In this document: positions 30,696 through 40,973 of the stretch, in pieces
Layout of the letters: every line of letters starts with the position of its first letter
Position numbering within the stretch: the first letter of the stretch is position 1
Origin: an uncultured Candidatus Saccharibacteria bacterium
Lineage (GTDB): Bacteria; Patescibacteriota; Minisyncoccia; Phycocordibacterales; CSBR16-119
Assembly: GCA_964426385.1 (NCBI GenBank)
Contig: CAYRQF010000003.1
Span: 22,938-86,937 of the forward strand
DNA: 64,000 nucleotides
Reading direction: 5' to 3'
Translations under genes and position numbers: made by a program
The notes under the pieces: generated by a model
Databases searched by the model: none
What the model was told of the DNA's origin: nothing
The model's input: the letters and a program-made list of their open reading frames with translations, nothing else

Positions 30696-32858
30696 ATGTC
30701 TCGCGACTATCCACTGAACAAAGTTAGGAATTTCGGAATCATTGCCCACATCGATGCCGGCAAGACCACCACATCTGAGCGTGTGCTTTTTTACACAGGG
30801 ATGTCTCACAAAATCGGGGAAGTGCATGAGGGTGATACCGTCATGGACTGGATGGAACAGGAGCGAGAGCGAGGCATTACTATTACTTCAGCTGCTACGA
30901 CATGCTTCTGGAGCCCTTCATACATGCCAAAGGACGATGTTTCTAAGAAAACTCGTTTCAACTTGATCGACACCCCAGGACACATCGACTTCACTATCGA
31001 GGTGAAGCGCTCACTTCGTGTCCTCGACGGCGCCGTTGTCGTATTCGACGGAGTTGCGGGAGTAGAGCCTCAGTCAGAGACTAACTGGCGTTATGCCGAT
31101 GAGGGTAACGTTCCACGTCTTTGCTTCATCAACAAGCTCGATCGAACAGGAGCCTCTTATGACAAGTCGTATCAGAGCATCCTTGATCGTTTGACCAAGA
31201 AAGCTGTCCGTATCCAGATCCCAGTTGGACTCGAAGACCAGTTCTCTGCAGTTATCGACCTTCTCAAGATGAAGGCTTATAAATTCGAAGGCGACAAAGG
31301 TAAAGACATCATCGAGATGGAAATACCTGAGAGTCACAAGGTAGAAGCTGAGAAGCTTCACCTAGAGCTCATCGAGAAAATCGTTGAGAATGATGAGACT
31401 ATGATGTCTGCATACCTAGACGGTAAGACAGATTTCCCAATAGACGAACTCAAGGCAGTATTGCGAAAAGCGGTTATCAAGAACGAAATCTTCCCAGTAT
31501 TCTGCGGATCAGCTCTAAAGAATAAGGGTGTTCAGCTCGTTCTCGACGGCGTTATCGATTACTTACCATCTCCTCTAGATATCCCGATGACACATGGTAT
31601 CGACCCGAATACTGGCGAGACTATAACTCGCGAGCCTTCTGATACCGCGCCACTTTCAGCTCTCGCTTTCAAGCTCCAGTCTGATCCATACGTTGGACAG
31701 CTTACTTTTATCCGTGTCTACTCTGGATCTCTCGAGGCAGGATCATATGTATACAACGCAACAAAAAATACCAAAGAACGCATCGGCCGAATCCTCCGTA
31801 TGCATGCTAACGAGCGTGAAGAGGTGAAGACTGTCTACGCTGGAGAGATTGCTGCGGCTGTCGGACTTAAAGATACGACAACATCAGATACTCTCTGTGA
31901 TGAGAACAATCCTATCATTCTAGAGCGAATTATCGCCCCAGAACCTGTTATCTCGATGCGTATCGAACCGAAGACCAAGGCTGACCAGGAGAAAATGGGA
32001 CTTGCGCTCAACAGACTCTCTGCTGAGGACCCAACATTCCGTGTGTCATCTGATCCAGAAACAGGCGAGACTATTATCGCCGGTATGGGAGAGCTACACC
32101 TAGAAATTCTCGTCGACCGTATGAAGAGAGAGTTCACTGTCGAAGCGAACACTTCTGCTCCACAGGTTGCATTCCGCGAAACCATCAAAGGCAATGCCGA
32201 TGTCGATCACAAGTACGTAAAACAGTCTGGAGGACGAGGACAGTACGGTCATGTCAAAATCAGACTTTCGCCGATCGACTACTCTGTTGCAGAGGAAGAT
32301 TTACCGAAGAATACAACTCGTGAGAACGGATTCGAGTTCGTTAACTCTATCCGCGGAGGAGTTATTCCTAACGAGTACATCCCAGCAGTTGAGAAGGGTA
32401 TCATCGAGAGTATGCAACGAGGAGTTGTTGCTGGATATCCTATTACAGACGTTCGCGTAGAGCTATACGATGGTTCGTATCACGATGTCGACTCCTCAGA
32501 AATCGCCTTCAAGATCGCTGCATCCATGGCGTTCCAAGAAGCAGCAAAGAAAGCGAACCCTGTAATCCTCGAACCAGTCATGAAAGTCGAAGTTGTGGCC
32601 CCTCACTCATATATGGGAGACATCACTGGAGATATCGCTTCGAAGCGTGGTCTCGTAGAAGGAACTGAAGACCGTGGTATGGTCCAGGCTATCCGCGCCA
32701 TGATCCCACTATCTGAAATGTTCGGATATATCAACAACCTCCGCTCGATGACTGCAGGACGCGGAAACTTCACTATGGAATTCGCAAAGTATGATGTTGT
32801 TCCAAAGAACGTTGCCGAGGACATCATCAAGAAGAGAATGGGAACACCAGCGAAATAG
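30696..32858 (+). CDS. fusA: Elongation factor G
   Basis: [30 protein letters not shown]. Confidence 0.99.
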   Translation: MSRDYPLNKVRNFGIIAHIDAGKTTTSERVLFYTGMSHKIGEVHEGDTVMDWMEQERERGITITSAATTCFWSPSYMPKDDVSKKTRFNLIDTPGHIDFTIEVKRSLRVLDGAVVVFDGVAGVEPQSETNWRYADEGNVPRLCFINKLDRTGASYDKSYQSILDRLTKKAVRIQIPVGLEDQFSAVIDLLKMKAYKFEGDKGKDIIEMEIPESHKVEAEKLHLELIEKIVENDETMMSAYLDGKTDFPIDELKAVLRKAVIKNEIFPVFCGSALKNKGVQLVLDGVIDYLPSPLDIPMTHGIDPNTGETITREPSDTAPLSALAFKLQSDPYVGQLTFIRVYSGSLEAGSYVYNATKNTKERIGRILRMHANEREEVKTVYAGEIAAAVGLKDTTTSDTLCDENNPIILERIIAPEPVISMRIEPKTKADQEKMGLALNRLSAEDPTFRVSSDPETGETIIAGMGELHLEILVDRMKREFTVEANTSAPQVAFRETIKGNADVDHKYVKQSGGRGQYGHVKIRLSPIDYSVAEEDLPKNTTRENGFEFVNSIRGGVIPNEYIPAVEKGIIESMQRGVVAGYPITDVRVELYDGSYHDVDSSEIAFKIAASMAFQEAAKKANPVILEPVMKVEVVAPHSYMGDITGDIASKRGLVEGTEDRGMVQAIRAMIPLSEMFGYINNLRSMTAGRGNFTMEFAKYDVVPKNVAEDIIKKRMGTPAK

Positions 32859-32860
32859 TG

Positions 32861-32960
32861 AGCTTTGAGTGGCTAGCTTATAGCTTTTAGAAATCAAAAA
32901 TCCCCGTGAGGGGATTTTTGATTGGTGTCCCATAAGCTAAAAGCAATCAGCTAGAAGCTA
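32861..32960. repeat. Two inverted 4x7 nt heptamer arrays flanking the fusA terminator
   Basis: Minus strand TAAAAGC TATAAGC TAGCCAC TCAAAGC; plus strand CATAAGC TAAAAGC AATCAGC TAGAAGC. Confidence 0.75.
32892..32923. terminator. Terminator after fusA
   Basis: AATCAAAAATCCCC-gtga-GGGGATTTTTGATT. Confidence 0.85.
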
Positions 32961-33248
32961 CTTTGTGGCGAAATAGCTCATAGCGATGCCGAATATGCAC
33001 ATGGCTCCTATAACAGGTCCTAGCACCCAGACGTTTGACGGTGTGATGGCAACAACTAGAGCGGTCATGATGACTGCCGCCGTACCAACGCTCTTGGATA
33101 TGGATATCAAATGAAATTCGTCTACAGGTGGTCGTTTGGCGACGACAACTTTGTCTTGGAGAGGCTTTGAACCAAAACCTTTACGAACCTTCTTCTTTGA
33201 GGAAGATTTTTTCTTTGGTTTAATTTGTAATTCTATTTCGTTAGCCAT
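32958..33248 (-). CDS. Small hypothetical membrane protein (basic N-terminus, two C-terminal TM helices)
   Basis: Open frame from MANEIE; hydrophobic hairpin. Confidence 0.65.
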   Translation of the reverse strand: MANEIELQIKPKKKSSSKKKVRKGFGSKPLQDKVVVAKRPPVDEFHLISISKSVGTAAVIMTALVVAITPSNVWVLGPVIGAMCIFGIAMSYFATK

Positions 33249-33373
33249 AGTTAGAAGTTTAACGCTCATTAAGTATAAACAATGATACGTAAAAAAGATA
33301 AGAGTTTTGCACACATTTTTATTTTTCAGCAGTTTTTGTTCGCGACAAGATGTAATTTTGATATAATTTAAGC

Positions 33374-36300
33374 ATGAAAAAAATGAAAAACCTCTCCGAT
33401 GAATTCGTGATTTCTATCGGACTACTCCTTATGTCCTTTTTTATTTTTCATGTCGTGATATTTCCCAGCATAATTCGAGAATCAAACGTCGCGGTGGTTT
33501 CACTCTCTTCGACTAGAAATATTTACAATATGACTCCTTCGGATAATTTTCCAGGAGTCTTCAATTTTAATTACAAGTACGAAGGTTCTCGTGCTAAGAG
33601 TGGAGATCTAAAAAAATTTGATTTCGCTATAGTGTCACTTGATGAGAAAAAAGCTTATGCTGAGCTACCCGAAGGGAAGAATCTCGGTGTTATAAGAGAC
33701 ACGTGGGGTTATCCAGTTAAGGAAAATGCATTTATGAAAACATCTCGCATTCAGGATAAGAAGAATGGGGATGGTCGCGCCGATGAAGATCCTGATGTGC
33801 CCGGGCTCGTAAACTGTAGATCTAATGAGGGTGTTACTGGTTATTTTAAAGCATACTTTGAAGACGTAGCATTGGAAAACGGTGTTGGTTACGATGACTT
33901 GGCACTTGGGGAAGGTAGGAGAGAAGAGGTGTGCCAGGTGCTTCAGGATATTGCGGCACTCATAAAGCTCGATGAAACTGACGTGACCCCAGAGATACTA
34001 TTTACCGATAGTAGTAATATTTCAATCTCATCTTTGGCGGCGGCCTCGGCCTATATGGGGTATTATTCTGTGGGTCCGGATAATGGATCTCTTCACAGGC
34101 ACATCATTTCCCGCAACGACCCTACGCCTGGGGATGGTATGTTTGATGCTTTTGTTATGACGAACTTTACCAATGTCTCATGGGATGTTGATTCTGATCT
34201 TAATACTGGTACATACGATTTTTATACTGTGATATACCATGAAATCATGCACGCGCTTGGCTTCCGAGGTCTCCTGCCTGCAACTGTTACAGGTAGTGGT
34301 GTTGCTCACCAGCACGATACCTTTGATTATTTTAGTTACAAAGACGTCGCTCTCGCAGATCCATTCATTGACCCTGTTACCGCGCAACTCGAGGCTCCGG
34401 TTGGCGCACCATCTCCTTGGTATATAAGTAACAATGTGGTCTATCGAGGAATAAAAAATTTAATTGGCGCTTTACCTGATGACGCACACCCCGTCTATAG
34501 CCCAGTTACATGGGAGCAAGGAGCTTCCTTGTCACACTTTGATATGTCTAGAGCTTCCGGTCAGACATATGTCATGAATCCCTCTATCGCAACAAATACT
34601 GAAAGGGATATACATATTCATGAGAAAGAGGTTCTGTGTCATCTCGGGTATCAGGTAGAAGGTGTTACCGGGTGTTTACAAGAGACTCCGTTTGCAGTTG
34701 ACGATATTGTGGATTTTGAAGTAGGTGATTCGGTGTGTATTAAGCCTCTTGTTAATGATGAAGGCTTCGCTGGACAGGTAGTAGGGCAATCATTGTCTCC
34801 TATCTCACTCGAGTCGGGCGATAATCTAACATATTATTCTGGTGCTGACTGTACGGGTTCGACAGCTACTACATTTGAGAATGCGAGGTCTGTTCTTTTT
34901 GATTCTGCTTCTGTCGACGTCGTGCGCACACTTCGTTATGAGATAAAAGATACAGTGTCGAATAGAATATCTAACCAAGCCCTGATAGTGCTGTCGTCTT
35001 GTGGTGTTGCCGCTGAAGAATATTTATGTAATGGAGATTTTGAATCAGGATATATCGACACAGGGGATATCGGCAGTATTCAGGTTATGGAATGTCCTTC
35101 AGTGTTCCCAGACATTTGTCCATTTTGGGGGTCTCCGGATATTTATAATAGAGATTTTGATTTTACTTCTTATTGGCTGTATCAGGGGCCAACCGATACG
35201 CATAATGGTGCACCAAACAATAGGTATCTATTCGGCGGCGGTTCGTCAGGTGGTGAAATGGTAAGTGTTGGGGGAGAGATTTATCGAAACGAAAGAGCTT
35301 ATCTGAAAACCAAAGCCCCTCTGCCACCTGGAGAATATATAATCTCATGGTATGGCGTATATGCTGGAGGTAACCTAACTCAAGTCGATAACGCCTCAGT
35401 TAACGCATATATAACTAGTGAGATACCGATAACTCCTACTGATGTAGAGGCTCGTTATATATCAAATCCTGAAGATGTGTTGGTGAATGTTCCCGTGGAT
35501 ATGGTTACTAGCTTTGTCGTGAATGATCCTACTAATTGGAGATACTACGAAACCACTTTAACCATACCGGATAACAATCTCGATTATGAATACCTGATAC
35601 TCGAACCAAAAAGAGTCGCCATCGTTGAAACAGACAATTTTGGCGGGATTAGAAATGTTTTTGACGACGTTAGTATTAGGCTCGTAAGTGAAAATCTCGC
35701 AGATGATAGTGTTACAGGTATTGTCTATGAAGATGAAAACCAAGATGGTGTTAGGCAAAACGGCGAAACAGCCCTTGGCGGTGTTTCCGTTCACCTGTTT
35801 GATGTTGGCAGTACAACACCACTTCAAACTGTTGTCACACAAGACTTGCCTGACGCTGGGGCATATGGTTTCTCAAATATTTCAGATGGAACATATAATG
35901 TAGCACTGGATGGGGAGTCGCTATATTCAATCATTACCGAACCTTTGATGAATAATATAATTCCGGGATATTCACATGCTCGTCAGGTTGTTGTGTCGAA
36001 TGGAGTTGTTTCATCTGGTAATGATTTCGGTGTGGTGTTAGGTGCAAACAATACAGATTTTGGTTCTGCAAATCTACACATAAAGAAAGCCCTAATAGAC
36101 TCGTCGCTATCAATAATAGATAGAAACATAACTTGGCAGGTAGAAGTAACTAACTTTGGTCCCGATACGGCAACAGCGGTAAATATCATTGACGCTATAC
36201 CTGTTTCGCTCGAATATTACGCTCATGCAACCAATTATCCATATACTTATAACCCTGTTACAGGTATATGGCAGATTCCTGAACTTGGGGTGGGGGAAAC

Positions 36301-36472
36301 AGCTTACATAAATATAACAATGAGGGTGCCTCAAGGGACTTGCGGGCTAAAAACAAACATGGCCAACATTTTGGATATGGATCAGACAGATTCGGATACA
36401 TCAGATAATACTGCAATTGCGAATATCAAGCTCAAGAATTGTGCCACAACCGCCCCAGGTCTGCGGAAATAG
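33374..36472 (+). CDS. Membrane-anchored zinc metallopeptidase-like surface protein with SdrD-B-like and DUF11 domains
   Basis: YHEIMHALGF (HExxH); GIVYEDENQDG; ITWQVEVTNFGPDTAT. Confidence 0.8.
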   Translation: MKKMKNLSDEFVISIGLLLMSFFIFHVVIFPSIIRESNVAVVSLSSTRNIYNMTPSDNFPGVFNFNYKYEGSRAKSGDLKKFDFAIVSLDEKKAYAELPEGKNLGVIRDTWGYPVKENAFMKTSRIQDKKNGDGRADEDPDVPGLVNCRSNEGVTGYFKAYFEDVALENGVGYDDLALGEGRREEVCQVLQDIAALIKLDETDVTPEILFTDSSNISISSLAAASAYMGYYSVGPDNGSLHRHIISRNDPTPGDGMFDAFVMTNFTNVSWDVDSDLNTGTYDFYTVIYHEIMHALGFRGLLPATVTGSGVAHQHDTFDYFSYKDVALADPFIDPVTAQLEAPVGAPSPWYISNNVVYRGIKNLIGALPDDAHPVYSPVTWEQGASLSHFDMSRASGQTYVMNPSIATNTERDIHIHEKEVLCHLGYQVEGVTGCLQETPFAVDDIVDFEVGDSVCIKPLVNDEGFAGQVVGQSLSPISLESGDNLTYYSGADCTGSTATTFENARSVLFDSASVDVVRTLRYEIKDTVSNRISNQALIVLSSCGVAAEEYLCNGDFESGYIDTGDIGSIQVMECPSVFPDICPFWGSPDIYNRDFDFTSYWLYQGPTDTHNGAPNNRYLFGGGSSGGEMVSVGGEIYRNERAYLKTKAPLPPGEYIISWYGVYAGGNLTQVDNASVNAYITSEIPITPTDVEARYISNPEDVLVNVPVDMVTSFVVNDPTNWRYYETTLTIPDNNLDYEYLILEPKRVAIVETDNFGGIRNVFDDVSIRLVSENLADDSVTGIVYEDENQDGVRQNGETALGGVSVHLFDVGSTTPLQTVVTQDLPDAGAYGFSNISDGTYNVALDGESLYSIITEPLMNNIIPGYSHARQVVVSNGVVSSGNDFGVVLGANNTDFGSANLHIKKALIDSSLSIIDRNITWQVEVTNFGPDTATAVNIIDAIPVSLEYYAHATNYPYTYNPVTGIWQIPELGVGETAYINITMRVPQGTCGLKTNMANILDMDQTDSDTSDNTAIANIKLKNCATTAPGLRK

Positions 36473-36587
36473 GGTTGTTGACATTTTCGGGGTTATGGAG
36501 TATTCTCTAAATAACCCCGCGGGGGTTTTTTAGTAAGGGTAAAATTAACAATAATAAGAGCACTCGCAAAGCTTCTCATTAGGAAAT

Positions 36588-36767
36588 ATGAAATTCTTCA
36601 CATACATCAAAGAGTCATTCGGGGAGGTGCGCCACATCAAATGGCCGACTCGCCAGGAAACGATACTTTTCACATTGGCGGTTATCGTCATCTCACTCAT
36701 CGTTGCCTACTATCTCGGATTCCTCGATATCGTTTTCGCCAAAGGACTAAAACTAATCATCGAATAA
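36588..36767 (+). CDS. secE: Preprotein translocase subunit SecE (59 aa, not in the ORF track)
   Basis: MKFFTYIKESFGEVRHIKWPTRQETILFTLAVIVISLIVAYYLGFLDIVFAKGLKLIIE, immediately before nusG. Confidence 0.95.
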   Translation: MKFFTYIKESFGEVRHIKWPTRQETILFTLAVIVISLIVAYYLGFLDIVFAKGLKLIIE

Positions 36768-36768
36768 T

Positions 36769-37317
36769 ATGGCTAAACAGGAATTATCAGGTGAAAGAAA
36801 TTGGTATGCTATCCATACATATGCTGGATACGAGAATGCCGTTCTACGAAATCTAAAACAGCGTATTGAGTCTCTCGGTATGCAGGACAAAATATTTGAA
36901 GTAATCGTTCCGACAGAGAAAAATATCAAGATAAAAGCTGGTAAGCGCGTTGAAGTAGAGGAGAAGATTTATCCTGGTTATGTCCTCGTTGATATGATCG
37001 TGAATGATGACTCATGGTACGTAGTTCGTAACACTCCACGTGTTACCGGGTTCGTCGGGGCAGGGGTCAACCCAGTTCCAGTCTCGAAGGCTGAGATAGA
37101 CATGCTTCTCGGCCGTATGAGGAAGGACGAAGGGGCAAAACATGCCATCGACCTCGTTATCGGCGAGACTATTTCTATCGTTGACGGCCCATTCAAGGAG
37201 CTCGAAGGCCGAGTTAACAATATCGACAAAGAAAGGGGTAAAATCAATGTTCTCGTGTCCATGTTCGGTCGTGAGACTCCGGTAGAACTCGACTTCTTGC
37301 AAGTAAGGAAGATATAA
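36769..37317 (+). CDS. nusG: Transcription termination/antitermination factor NusG
   Basis: WYAIHTYAGYE, YPGYVLV, FGRETPVEL. Confidence 0.98.
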   Translation: MAKQELSGERNWYAIHTYAGYENAVLRNLKQRIESLGMQDKIFEVIVPTEKNIKIKAGKRVEVEEKIYPGYVLVDMIVNDDSWYVVRNTPRVTGFVGAGVNPVPVSKAEIDMLLGRMRKDEGAKHAIDLVIGETISIVDGPFKELEGRVNNIDKERGKINVLVSMFGRETPVELDFLQVRKI

Positions 37318-37335
37318 GCTAATCTATTACCCATT

Positions 37336-37767
37336 ATGGCATCAAAGAAAAAGATAGTTAAAAACGTCAAACTACAGATCGAAGCCGGTCGTGCGACCCC
37401 AGCTCCGCCTATTGGTCCTGCCATCGGTCAGGCCGGTGTTAACATCGGTACATTCGTGACCGAGTTCAACGAGCGAACCAAGTCTATGGCTGGTCAGGGT
37501 AAGGTCTCCGTCAAGCTCCGTGTATATGAGGACCGCTCATACGACTTCGATGCCAAGACCCCTCTTACAGCCCCTCTCATCCTCAAAGCTGCTGGTATCG
37601 ACAAGGGTTCATCCAAGAACGCTACCAAGCGAGCAGGAAGCATCTCTAGAGCCAAGCTCGAGGAGATCGCTGAGATGAAGCTCAAGGATCTGTCGGCGAA
37701 CGACATCCCGGCTGCGATGAAGATTCTCGAAGGACAGTGCCGATCGATGGGAATCGAAGTCAAGTAG
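37336..37767 (+). CDS. rplK: 50S ribosomal protein L11
   Basis: ATPAPPIGPAIGQAG, GQCRSMG. Confidence 0.98.
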   Translation: MASKKKIVKNVKLQIEAGRATPAPPIGPAIGQAGVNIGTFVTEFNERTKSMAGQGKVSVKLRVYEDRSYDFDAKTPLTAPLILKAAGIDKGSSKNATKRAGSISRAKLEEIAEMKLKDLSANDIPAAMKILEGQCRSMGIEVK

Positions 37768-37768
37768 C

Positions 37769-37935
37769 GCTCCGCAAAATATCTATTTGAAAAGGCTCCG
37801 GAAATCGGGGCTTTTTCAACTCCTCGAAAACGCAAGCGCCGGCTTTTGTCTAAACGACAAAACCGGTTACGTTCTCGGACTTTCAAAAGCCCCGATTTCC
37901 TTCGTTTTAATTTTCAAATGTATATTTTGCTCCGC
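37769..37935. repeat. 167 bp nested-palindrome (REPIN/MITE-like) element
   Basis: Outer arms 18/20 complementary; GGAAATCGGGGCTTTT / AAAAGCCCCGATTTCC perfect 16 bp; GCTCCGC at both ends. Confidence 0.8.
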
Positions 37936-38021
37936 TTAGGGGGGAAAGGGGTGGACCTTGCCAAGTAGATGTTTTTTGTCTAAGGTTGGGTCAGGAAACG
38001 AAACGAAAACCAGAACCTTCC

Positions 38022-38813
38022 ATGAGAAGTACAGAAACTAAGACTCTCGTCTTTCCGGGACTTCCACATTACGGGGTCTGGCGGACACTCCAGATCGAAC
38101 ACGAGGCGGTGATACGTTGGGGGCCATATCGTGAGTGCAATACGCGCTTGCACGAGCAAACAAACCTGCACCACATCGTCAGCCTGCTGCGCATCAGTGA
38201 TCTGTACCTGCGTAACCTTCTCGGGTACGTGGTGTTCAACCTCGGTATGGTGAACACAGTGGCACAATGCCACGAGGATGGAGAAGCGGTACTCGGCAGG
38301 GATGTGAACTACAATGTGAAGACTGGTGCAGATGACTTCGCAGAGTGGGTGGCATTCCGGGATATGTTGAGTGGGGCACTCAAGGAGATGAAGCAGAGAG
38401 AGGAGCTACATAAGGCTTTTCTCCTTCAGTTCATTCTCGGCGACGTGTCTCATTTTGAGCAAGACCCCGAGGCGTTTGCCATCATCCAGGATCTCCAGCA
38501 TTACAGTTTGCTGGAGGCCAGACTCTTCAACGCCCTCGAGCGTCTCGATTATATCTACTACGCATGGCAGGCGTATGAGGACACTGGGGACGTGGTGATC
38601 CTGACACATGTGCTTCGCAGACATGTCCCTAAACTGAAGGAGTATGCATCCGGCATGATCGACGGCTTCAGCAAGGTGATGTGGACACCAGAGCAGCAGT
38701 CGCAAGCCGAGGAGATCATCGAGATGTTCAGGGAGATGCCTGGTCCGGACGGAGAGGAGATGTGGCCGGCCTACGAATGGGCAATTAAGAACGGCCACTG
38801 GAAGCCGAGATGA
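38022..38813 (+). CDS. Divergent HD-superfamily (YfbR-like) phosphohydrolase
   Basis: RW...LHH, CHEDGE...RDVNYNVK and ERLD line up with the YfbR RW/EH/HDxxE/GD..PVK/ADxL pattern; own promoter TTGCCA-17-TAAGGT. Confidence 0.55.
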   Translation: MRSTETKTLVFPGLPHYGVWRTLQIEHEAVIRWGPYRECNTRLHEQTNLHHIVSLLRISDLYLRNLLGYVVFNLGMVNTVAQCHEDGEAVLGRDVNYNVKTGADDFAEWVAFRDMLSGALKEMKQREELHKAFLLQFILGDVSHFEQDPEAFAIIQDLQHYSLLEARLFNALERLDYIYYAWQAYEDTGDVVILTHVLRRHVPKLKEYASGMIDGFSKVMWTPEQQSQAEEIIEMFREMPGPDGEEMWPAYEWAIKNGHWKPR

Positions 38814-38909
38814 GACAAACACACGACGCAAAGGGGTCCTGAGAAGGACCCCTTGCCTTTTGGGGGAATGTTATGTAATATGCTGACCGAACCTTTAACA
38901 CCATCTATC

Positions 38910-39083
38910 ATGGCAAGCAGTAAGAACAAGCGTCTCGCGACCAATGTTTACGTGACTCGTGGTCACAATACGGTAGGGGGCTCTTCGAGACTTCATGTCC
39001 GTGTGACGAATGGCACGGATCAAGACAGGCGCTCTTTCCACGAAATGCTCGCGCACGCCAAGTTCATTGTTGGAGCGAAGTAG
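38910..39083 (+). CDS. 57 aa basic orphan protein
   Basis: Promoter TTGCCT-17-TAATAT (38853-38881), A/C-rich leader, downstream terminator. Confidence 0.55.
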   Translation: MASSKNKRLATNVYVTRGHNTVGGSSRLHVRVTNGTDQDRRSFHEMLAHAKFIVGAK

Positions 39084-39136
39084 GCCGTAGGCCGCTTCAG
39101 TCGAAAAGGACCGCCTTGCGCGGTCCTTCTTGCTAG

Positions 39137-39628
39137 CTACTTCTTTTTATAGTCGACGAAATAGTATTCAGCGCCATCGGCTGAGCGGAATGGTCCGACG
39201 CGGTTCGATTCAATAAAATCTTTTTTATATTCAGGGAAATAAACATCAGCATCTTTATGTCCCTCGATCTCGGTTAGACATAGGATGTCGGTGTAGGGGA
39301 GCGCCTCCTCGAAGATCCGAGCTCCGCCGATGACGGCGATGTTCTCATCTATCTTTTTTCCATACTCGAGAGCTTCCTCTATCGTTTTGACCACCACCGC
39401 TCCCGGGAACTCACCATGATCGAGAGACGTAACCACGATATTTGTCCGATTTGGCAAGGGGCGGAATTTCTCGGGTAGGGACTCCCAAGTACGCCTGCCC
39501 ATGATGACTGGGTGCCCCAGGGTTAGGTCCTTGAAACGGCGCATATCATCAGGGATCTTGTATAAAAGGTCGTTTTTGTGCCCGAGGCCTCGGTCAGACT
39601 TTTGGATGGATGAAACGATATAAATCAT
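39137..39628 (-). CDS. folA: Dihydrofolate reductase
   Basis: DMRRFKDLT, VIMGRRTWESLP..RPLPNRTNIV, IGGA. Confidence 0.95.
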   Translation of the reverse strand: MIYIVSSIQKSDRGLGHKNDLLYKIPDDMRRFKDLTLGHPVIMGRRTWESLPEKFRPLPNRTNIVVTSLDHGEFPGAVVVKTIEEALEYGKKIDENIAVIGGARIFEEALPYTDILCLTEIEGHKDADVYFPEYKKDFIESNRVGPFRSADGAEYYFVDYKKK

Positions 39629-39691
39629 ATATTTCTTATCATAGTGTCAATCATAATTTTTGCCAAATATTCTAGTATAATTGGGTTACTT

Positions 39692-40369
39692 ATGGCTATA
39701 TCAAAAGAGATCGAAATCAAGTGCCTCCTCGGCGAGGAAGCTAACGCTAACGCATTTCGTGAGAAAGTTATTGCTAAATATCCTGACGCGAAAGTGTTGC
39801 CGAAGACTAGCCAGCTCAATCATTATTTTATTAATGGAGATTTTAAATTGCTCCAAGAAAAGATCACACCATTTTTAAATGACGAGCAGAATAAAACACT
39901 CGCAGAAATAATTGAGAAGGGAAATAATTTCTCACTCCGTACTCGTTCAGTCGACGGCAGGATTCTGCTCGTCGTGAAGGCTTCTCTCGGAGCTGACACC
40001 AGCGCTAACGGCGTCTCAAGGATGGAGTTCGAAGAATCGGTTAACATGACTCTCGCCGAACTCGACAAGCTTCTCGAAGATGTAGGATTTAAATATCAGG
40101 CCAAGTGGTCTCGCGAGCGCGTCGAGTATGTCCTCCCAAATATGAATATTACTCTCGACAAGAATGCCGGTTACGGATACCTGACAGAGTTCGAGACGGT
40201 GATAGGGGACGATGCCGATGTCGAGGCGACTCGCGCGACTCTCATGCAGGAGATAGAGTCATTCGGGCTCGAGGAACTTCCGCAGGAGCGTATAGAGCGG
40301 ATGTTTGCATATTATAACGAGCACTGGCCCGAGTATTATGGGACGGAGAAGACTTTTACTATTAAATAA
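39692..40369 (+). CDS. CYTH / triphosphate tunnel metalloenzyme domain protein
   Basis: N-terminal EIEIK, QLNHYF, SLRTR, RMEFE, LDKNAGYGYLTEFE. Confidence 0.8.
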   Translation: MAISKEIEIKCLLGEEANANAFREKVIAKYPDAKVLPKTSQLNHYFINGDFKLLQEKITPFLNDEQNKTLAEIIEKGNNFSLRTRSVDGRILLVVKASLGADTSANGVSRMEFEESVNMTLAELDKLLEDVGFKYQAKWSRERVEYVLPNMNITLDKNAGYGYLTEFETVIGDDADVEATRATLMQEIESFGLEELPQERIERMFAYYNEHWPEYYGTEKTFTIK

Positions 40370-40375
40370 ACTCAC

Positions 40376-40972
40376 ATGTTTCTATCAGACGTTGATATAA
40401 AAAAGGGTGTAAAAAACGGTTCTATCGTCATCAAGCCTTTTTCCGAGAAGAAGTTACAGCTCGCGAGTTACGACGTCACCCTCGATAACGAGTTCAAGGT
40501 CATCGATAGGCACGACACGATATTCGTTGATCCGGTGAACAAGATCTTCCCGAAGACCAAGACGACGATAGTCAAAGATGGCGATGCGTTCGTTCTGCAT
40601 CCAGGTGAGACTGTCCTAGGGAAGCAGAGAGAATTCATCGGAGTTGATCACAGCCACCTCATCCTTCTCTCCGGCAAGTCTTCGCTCGCGCGTATCGGTA
40701 TCGCCGTACACACAACAGCTATGCTATTTAACCCGGGACACCATTTCTATCCAACGTTCGAACTCCTCAACACCAGCAATGTCCCAGTTATCCTCCGTCC
40801 AGGTATGGAGATCGCACAGATAATCTTCGCCAAGCTCACCAGCGAGTCGAGCAAGAACTACGAAGGCGTCCTAGGAATCGGTCGATTCGATAGTCAGAAC
40901 TCGGACCACTTCAGAATCAAGAAAATCCTTAAAAAAGCTAAGACTAAGAAACCTGGCCGGTCAGGCAAATAA
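40376..40972 (+). CDS. dcd: dCTP deaminase
   Basis: LSDVDI, ASYDVTL, GKSSLARIGI, TFEL, GMEIAQ. Confidence 0.9.
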   Translation: MFLSDVDIKKGVKNGSIVIKPFSEKKLQLASYDVTLDNEFKVIDRHDTIFVDPVNKIFPKTKTTIVKDGDAFVLHPGETVLGKQREFIGVDHSHLILLSGKSSLARIGIAVHTTAMLFNPGHHFYPTFELLNTSNVPVILRPGMEIAQIIFAKLTSESSKNYEGVLGIGRFDSQNSDHFRIKKILKKAKTKKPGRSGK

Positions 40973-40973
40973 T

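Noticed and set aside
36473-36587. tRNA-Trp or rpmG upstream of secE
   Set aside because: No cloverleaf, T-loop GTTCGA or L33-like ORF visible.
36641-36856. 71 aa ORF in the track
   Set aside because: Out-of-frame shadow of the real secE (36588-36767) and nusG.
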